A stretch of DNA of 64,000 nucleotides, from the NCBI GenBank assembly GCA_902601765.1, contig CACKOO010000002.1, positions 28,130 to 92,129 on the forward strand, written 5' to 3'. A model generated the notes under the pieces. The model was not told where the DNA came from, made no database searches, and saw only the letters and a program-made list of their open reading frames with translations. A program made the translations under genes and the position numbers. Origin of the DNA: Hydrogenophilales bacterium. GTDB lineage: Bacteria; Pseudomonadota; Gammaproteobacteria; Burkholderiales; Eutrophovitaceae. This document shows positions 58,445-64,000 of this stretch, in pieces. The first letter of the stretch is position 1, and each line of letters opens with the position of its first letter.

Positions 58445-59311
58445 TTAGTTTGCCAAGAAGTTCTCTATAGCTTCTGCAAAATCGCGTGGTCGGTCGAGAT
58501 GCATCATATGGCTAGATTTATCCAACGTAATTTCTGTTAAATTTTCAAAGGCTTTTTTATGGCTATCAACTATATCTAATCGGTTTTTCATAAATTTCTT
58601 CAACCAATCACTATCACTGTAAATCCACAAAACAGGGGCAGAAATTTTTTGCCAACACGCAATTGCCTCAGTAGGCCTAAGGATTGATGGTTTAGGGTGT
58701 TTGTGTTTCGGGTCGGCCCTAAGTTCGATTTTCCCAGAGGATGTTTTTCTTGCCCAATGGGTGGCTAGAAAGTCTGCATGCTGGGGGTTTATCGTTGGAG
58801 TATTTTCCATTATCCTCTTAGCAACATCTGAAAAGCTAGCATATTGCTTCAGGCGTTTCGGTGTTGCAATACAATCAAGCCATTTTTTATACTGTTCCGG
58901 AATTTGACTGACAAGTGAAGGCCTGACGCCGAAACCTTCAGCTAAAATCAGCTTTTCAATCCTCTGTGGTTTAATACCAGAAAAAATTCCGGCTATATTT
59001 CCTCCCATACTATGTCCGACGATCGAAATGGGTTTATTGGGCACGATATTATCAACAATGATACTCAGGTCTGCGACATAGTCTTGAAACCAATAATCAG
59101 TCTTTGCCCATTCCGTCAATCCAAATCCTCTCCAGTCAGGAGAAAAAACATGCCAGTCTCGACTCAAGGCATCTACAGCAAACTGGAATGACGCTGATAC
59201 ATCCATCCAGCCATGCAGCATTATTAGCGGCTTCCCTCCCGGATTACCCCATTCGCGAATATGATATTTTAGTCCTCTGATCTTGAGAAATTGGCTTTTT
59301 GATGGTTTCAT
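58445..59311 (-). CDS. alpha/beta-fold hydrolase
   Basis: MLHGWMD oxyanion region and a GHSMGGNIAG nucleophile elbow. It overlaps the upstream gene by 4 nt. Confidence 0.7.
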   Translation of the reverse strand: MKPSKSQFLKIRGLKYHIREWGNPGGKPLIMLHGWMDVSASFQFAVDALSRDWHVFSPDWRGFGLTEWAKTDYWFQDYVADLSIIVDNIVPNKPISIVGHSMGGNIAGIFSGIKPQRIEKLILAEGFGVRPSLVSQIPEQYKKWLDCIATPKRLKQYASFSDVAKRIMENTPTINPQHADFLATHWARKTSSGKIELRADPKHKHPKPSILRPTEAIACWQKISAPVLWIYSDSDWLKKFMKNRLDIVDSHKKAFENLTEITLDKSSHMMHLDRPRDFAEAIENFLAN

Positions 59312-59952
59312 AGTTGAGGTAGTTTTCGTTTTACACTGCCAAATGGAAAATTTTGAGTTGGAGAAACTATACTTTTGATAAACGAATTTGGTGTTGCCAA
59401 ATAATCTAGTAAAAATTGATTCGAATCAAATCCCCAGAAAAGTTGATTGTCAGTAATAATAGTGGGAATTCCAAAAACCCCATTAGCAATCGCGAGATTT
59501 GTTTCGTCTCTAAGCTTTAGTTTTACTGTTTCATTATTAATGATCTTTTGTGGATTACTAATTCCTAAGTGATGACTTAATTCAGAAAATTCCGTCGGAT
59601 CTTCTATATTTCGTCCCTCTTTCCATATGAAGTTAAATATTTTAAGAATTTTTTCAAAATCACCCCCACAGCTCGTTGCTAACCTAAGTGCGGGCAGTGG
59701 ATTGAAGGGGTGGTAGGGCGGAAATTTTAGTACGATGTTATTTTTTTTTGCCAACCAAAGACATTGCTGCATTACAAAATTTCTCTTTGAGGGGATTTCC
59801 GCGGGGCCCAAATGTCCGTAATAATTGAGAAGTCCGGCAAAAAGAATAGCTTTTGGTTCTAAAAATATTTGTCCCGTTAGTTTTTTAATTATGGCAGACT
59901 GCAGGTACGCATAGGGTGATATAAAATCGAAATACCATATTCCTTTTTTCAT
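59308..59952 (-). CDS. DsbA-fold 2-hydroxychromene-2-carboxylate isomerase family protein
   Basis: Start set at ATG 59952 (MKKGIWYFDFISPYAY). YFDFISPY.Y is the typical N-terminus of this family. Confidence 0.75.
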   Translation of the reverse strand: MKKGIWYFDFISPYAYLQSAIIKKLTGQIFLEPKAILFAGLLNYYGHLGPAEIPSKRNFVMQQCLWLAKKNNIVLKFPPYHPFNPLPALRLATSCGGDFEKILKIFNFIWKEGRNIEDPTEFSELSHHLGISNPQKIINNETVKLKLRDETNLAIANGVFGIPTIITDNQLFWGFDSNQFLLDYLATPNSFIKSIVSPTQNFPFGSVKRKLPQL

Positions 59953-59991
59953 CTTAAACCTAAATTGTAAAATATACTTCAAATATACATC

Positions 59992-62900
59992 ATGTCAGCG
60001 CCAAGTTATATACATCTCAGATTACATACAGAATATTCTCTATCGGACGGCATTCTTCGAATAAAAGATCTATGTAGGGCGGCAGCAGAAGACTTTATGC
60101 CTGCTGTTGCAATTACAGATTTGGGGAATCTATTTGGAATGGTGAAGTTCTATAAAGAGGCAAGAAAATTCGGGATAAAGCCGATAATAGGATGTGATAT
60201 CTGGGTCACAAATCAAAGAGAACGGGAGAGGCCGTCTAGGGTGCTTCTGTTGGTGCAAAACCGTAAAGGTTATTTGAAACTATGTGAATGGGTCAGTCGA
60301 GCGCACTTGAATAATCAAAATGAGGGAAGACCAGAAGTAGATAAAGAATGGTTTGTAGAATCTGGTACGGAGGGCCTAATAGCTCTATCAGGCAGTGAAT
60401 CTGGCGATATTGGTCAAGCTATCAACAATGGAAATTTTGAACTGGCAGAGTCTTTAGCCCAAAGTTGGGAGGAAACATTTCCTGGAAGATTTTATCTAGA
60501 AATCCAAAGGTTGAACACACAGCGATCAGACAAATTAGTTTGGCAAACATCTAACCTAGGGAGCAAGTTAAAAATTCCAGTAGTCGCGACGCATCCGGTT
60601 CAGTTTCTATCAAAAGATGACTTCACAGCACATGAAGCAAGGGTATGTATTTCCAGTGGAGAAACCCTAGGAAACTCTACCCGACCTAAAAATTATACTC
60701 AGCGTCAATATTTTGTAAAACAAGCCGAAATGATTGATTTATACAATGATTGTCCGGGAGCGATAGAAAATACAGTAGAAATCGCCAAAAGGTGTAATTT
60801 TGTTTTTGATCTTGGTGTACCGAAACTACCGGTCTTTCCGATACCAAACGGACAAGATTTGGCTACTTACTTGAAAAGTTCAGCAGAAATAGGCTTAAGG
60901 AACAGACTAGAGCGCCTATACCCAACAAAGAAAGGTATTCCCAAAGATATTCAAGTCTATAGAAAAAGGTTGAATTATGAACTTGATGTTATTGTACAGA
61001 TGGAATATGCAGGGTATTTTTTGGTTGTTGCTGATTTTATTAGTTGGGCCAAAAAAAATGGAATTCCAGTTGGTCCCGGTAGAGGTTCGGGTGCCGGTTC
61101 TTTAGTGGCATTTTGTTTAGAAATTACTGATCTTGACCCATTGAAATATGACTTGCTTTTTGAAAGATTTTTAAATCCCGAGCGAGTTAGTATGCCCGAT
61201 TTTGACATAGATTTTTGTCAGCACGGTAGGGATCTGGTAATTGATTATGTCCGGAATAAGTACGGAAAGGAATCTGTATCCCAAATCGCCACATTTGGGA
61301 CAATGGCTGCCAAGGCTGTTGTTAGAGATGTCGCGAGGGTGATGGAGTGGCCTTTCTCCAAGAGCGATGAGTTAGCAAAACTAATACCTTTTCACCCCGG
61401 AAAACTTGTCACTATCCAACAAGCCAAATCAGAAGAACCCCGCCTGAGGGAACGCGCTGAAAATGATGAGGATACAAAGGAGCTTCTTAAGCTTGCGGAG
61501 CAGTTGGAAGGTTTGCCAAGAAATGTTGGAATGCATGCGGGTGGTGTTCTTATTGCTCCGACTAAGTTGACTGACTTTTGCCCACTATATTCAGCCTCTG
61601 GTTCGGATTCCGTAGTTTCGCAACTAGATAAGTATGATGTAGAAGAAATAGGTTTAGTCAAGTTTGATTTTCTAGGGTTGACCACGCTTACTATTCTAGA
61701 TTTGACTATTGACTACTTAAAGAAACTCGACTCAAGCATTGAGATTAATTATGAAAATATTCCACTTGATGATACCGACGCGTATCAAATTTTCTCTGAA
61801 TCAAATACAGTGGCGGTGTTTCAATTTGAGTCAAAAGGTATGCAAGACCTCATCGCGCAAGCAAAGCCTGACAGGTTTGAAGATATCATTGCACTGGTAG
61901 CATTATATCGTCCGGGTCCAATGGACTTAATTCCTGACTATATTGCCCGGAAACATGGGCAAAGATTTAACTACCCAGACCCCCGGGTTGAATCAATACT
62001 CAAAGAAACGTATGGAATTATGGTATATCAAGAACAGGTGATGCAAATGGCGCAGATTATCGGTGGTTATTCCTTGGGGGGAGCTGATCTTTTGCGAAGA
62101 GCCATGGGACAAAAGAAACCTGAGGAAATGGCCAAACAGAGGGATATTTTTCAACAAGGTGCCTCCAATAATGGACTCTCAGAGCGAAAATCCGGAGAAA
62201 TTTTTGATTTAATGGAAAAGTTTGCAGGCTATGGTTTTAACAAGTCCCATGCGGCTGCTTATGCCTTAATTGCCTATCATACGGCTTTTATGAAGGCACA
62301 TCACTTTGCGGCTTTTATGGCAGCCAATCTTTCGCTGGCTATGGATGATACGGACAGAGTGGAGCACTTAATTTCTGACATCAAAAATACAGATTTGAAA
62401 TTGATGACGCCCAACATTAATGAGGGGGAGTATAATTTTGTTCCCACAGATAAGATGACTATCCGTTTTGGTCTCGGTGCGATAAAAGGAACAGGAGAAT
62501 CAGCAATAAAAAATATAGTGGAGGCTAGGAATCATAAGGCTTTCATTGATATTTTTGACTTTTGTGAACGCGTCGATAGGCGGATAGTAAATCGTAGAAG
62601 CATCGAGTCTTTGGCTCGGGCCGGGGCTTTCGACACGATCAATGACAACCGCTGTCAAGTAGTCAGCAGTATTGGTTTCGCATTAGAAGCTGCTGAACAG
62701 CTTGCTAGGTCGGAAGGTCAAGCTACATTATTTGCTACGACAGGTAGAGAAATTTCTGGGAGGGTTCTATTTGATGCTAATTCATGGACTCTAGAGCAAA
62801 GCTATCGAAAAGAAAAAGAGGCTTTAGGTTTTTATCTAACAGGTCACCTGTTTGATATTTATCAAAGTGAGGTTCGAAGGTTCGCGAAAAAAAGCATTTC

Positions 62901-63426
62901 AGAAGTGATTACTAATTCTGATGTGCAATTTATAGCCGGTGTAATTCACGCAATAAATCGAAGAAAGACGCAAAAAGGATTGATGGCTATGGTGACCTTA
63001 GATGACGGAACCGGAAAAATAGAGCTTCCAATTTTTAATGATCTTTATACTGCCAACATTAACCATATCACAGTCGATTCACTTGTTATTTTTAAGGTTA
63101 AGCAAGATCGGCGACGGCATGATAATTTTGTCACAGGAAGTCCAAGATTAATAGTCGAGCGGATATTTAGTCTTTCTGGGGCGAGAACTCATTTTGCGAC
63201 AAGATTAAAATTAAATCTGGCGTCAAATGCAGACAGTGCGAAACTTAAAGAAATTATCGAGCCGTACAACAATGGTACGGTTCCTATTAGTATATTTTAT
63301 AACAATGGGCTAGCAGTCGCTGAGATACAGCTCGGCCAAACTTGGAATTTAACATTGGAAGATGAGTTACTAGAAATTTTGGCAGACCAATTTTTGTCGA
63401 AAAACGTTAATATCGAATATCAATAG
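59992..63426 (+). CDS. dnaE: DNA polymerase III alpha subunit
   Basis: 1144 aa. PHP domain start (YIHLRLHTEYSLSDG), GSGAGSLVAFCLEITDLDP, DFDIDF and a C-terminal OB domain. The length shows no intein. Confidence 0.98.
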   Translation: MSAPSYIHLRLHTEYSLSDGILRIKDLCRAAAEDFMPAVAITDLGNLFGMVKFYKEARKFGIKPIIGCDIWVTNQRERERPSRVLLLVQNRKGYLKLCEWVSRAHLNNQNEGRPEVDKEWFVESGTEGLIALSGSESGDIGQAINNGNFELAESLAQSWEETFPGRFYLEIQRLNTQRSDKLVWQTSNLGSKLKIPVVATHPVQFLSKDDFTAHEARVCISSGETLGNSTRPKNYTQRQYFVKQAEMIDLYNDCPGAIENTVEIAKRCNFVFDLGVPKLPVFPIPNGQDLATYLKSSAEIGLRNRLERLYPTKKGIPKDIQVYRKRLNYELDVIVQMEYAGYFLVVADFISWAKKNGIPVGPGRGSGAGSLVAFCLEITDLDPLKYDLLFERFLNPERVSMPDFDIDFCQHGRDLVIDYVRNKYGKESVSQIATFGTMAAKAVVRDVARVMEWPFSKSDELAKLIPFHPGKLVTIQQAKSEEPRLRERAENDEDTKELLKLAEQLEGLPRNVGMHAGGVLIAPTKLTDFCPLYSASGSDSVVSQLDKYDVEEIGLVKFDFLGLTTLTILDLTIDYLKKLDSSIEINYENIPLDDTDAYQIFSESNTVAVFQFESKGMQDLIAQAKPDRFEDIIALVALYRPGPMDLIPDYIARKHGQRFNYPDPRVESILKETYGIMVYQEQVMQMAQIIGGYSLGGADLLRRAMGQKKPEEMAKQRDIFQQGASNNGLSERKSGEIFDLMEKFAGYGFNKSHAAAYALIAYHTAFMKAHHFAAFMAANLSLAMDDTDRVEHLISDIKNTDLKLMTPNINEGEYNFVPTDKMTIRFGLGAIKGTGESAIKNIVEARNHKAFIDIFDFCERVDRRIVNRRSIESLARAGAFDTINDNRCQVVSSIGFALEAAEQLARSEGQATLFATTGREISGRVLFDANSWTLEQSYRKEKEALGFYLTGHLFDIYQSEVRRFAKKSISEVITNSDVQFIAGVIHAINRRKTQKGLMAMVTLDDGTGKIELPIFNDLYTANINHITVDSLVIFKVKQDRRRHDNFVTGSPRLIVERIFSLSGARTHFATRLKLNLASNADSAKLKEIIEPYNNGTVPISIFYNNGLAVAEIQLGQTWNLTLEDELLEILADQFLSKNVNIEYQ

Positions 63427-63447
63427 TTTGAAGTTTGTGATGAATCC

Positions 63448-64000
63448 TTACTTCACCTCCATCCCTGGCTCAGCTCCAGAATCCGGAGATAACAAAAATA
63501 TTCCTCCTGAATCGTCACTCGCAGCTAAAACCATACCTTCAGAAATTCCAAATTTCATTTTTCTGGGTTCCAAATTAGTTACCATAACTGTCAGTTTTCC
63601 TTCTAGGTCAGTAGTTTTGTATCCAAGCTTGATTCCTGCCAATACTTTGCGTGTAATATTCTCCCCTAAGTCGAGGTGGAGTCGGAGCAACTTGTCAGCT
63701 CCTCCAACTTCCTCTGCTTTAGTTATACGCGCAATTTTCAGCTTCACACGGTTAAAATCTGCAATTGAAATATTTTGCTGGTAAATATCAGTTGAGTTTT
63801 TTGTTTCCATCTTTTTATTATTAATTGACAAATCTTTTTTTGGTTTTGGAGAACTTGGGGTTGACTCTAATTTATCAATACATTTTTTATCAGCACGATG
63901 CATTAGATGTGTGTAGTTTTCAATTTTATGTCCATCCTCAAGCCTATTGTTGATATCATCCCATGTTAAGCTTTTGATATTAAGAAACTGTTCGATTTTA
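63448..64000 (-). CDS. metG: methionyl-tRNA synthetase, C-terminal part (tRNA-binding Trbp111-like domain); 5' end outside window
   Basis: The frame stays open upstream of the track's first Met to the window edge (..[39 protein letters not shown]..). The C-terminal domain reads [14 protein letters not shown]...[19 protein letters not shown]. Confidence 0.88.
   Translation of the reverse strand, partial: KIEQFLNIKSLTWDDINNRLEDGHKIENYTHLMHRADKKCIDKLESTPSSPKPKKDLSINNKKMETKNSTDIYQQNISIADFNRVKLKIARITKAEEVGGADKLLRLHLDLGENITRKVLAGIKLGYKTTDLEGKLTVMVTNLEPRKMKFGISEGMVLAASDDSGGIFLLSPDSGAEPGMEVK

Noticed and set aside
63428-63784. 118-aa plus-strand ORF after dnaE
   Set aside because: It is antisense to the clearly recognisable tRNA-binding C-terminal domain of metG. 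The metG frame is open to the window edge.

Overview
This 64-kb window comes from an AT-rich, very compact Gram-negative genome with many 1-4 nt gene overlaps and almost no hairpin terminators. The gene order is typical of Beta/Gammaproteobacteria: hemC-D-X-Y, cutA-(dsbD slot)-aroQ-accBC-prmA, petABC-sspAB, sucCD, and ilvIH-ilvC-psd-pssA-leuA. A soxXYZA set points to thiosulfate oxidation. A streamlined marine sulfur oxidiser is only a guess and cannot be settled without a database search. I call 66 protein-coding genes (hemC and metG are cut by the window edges) and one tRNA-Thr(UGU). Start codons were refined by hand where the ORF track clearly over-extends. About 0-42.8 kb and 60-64 kb are core housekeeping genes. 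About 42.9-60 kb is an accessory-looking metabolic patch holding four alpha/beta-fold hydrolases, an enolase-superfamily enzyme, transporters and a Sel1 protein. I saw no transposase, integrase, phage, CRISPR, toxin-antitoxin or recognisable defence genes, and no discrete new system that I can defend. Seven items seem most worth a second look. (1) A close mandelate-racemase homologue has the catalytic KxK changed to KxR, and it sits in a 2-hydroxyacid/2-oxoacid/aminotransferase cluster. (2) A hydrolase carries the complete fluoroacetate-dehalogenase residue set. (3) A stand-alone DsbD alpha domain has no membrane beta domain at the ancestral dsbD locus. (4) SoxY has a non-canonical GGCGEET C-terminus. 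(5) A pilin-like ORF has Gln instead of Gly at the prepilin cleavage site. (6) A ~640-bp non-coding gap is unusual for this genome. (7) The Cca enzyme lacks its HD motifs. All functional names rest on motif recognition and remembered reference sequences, not on searches.
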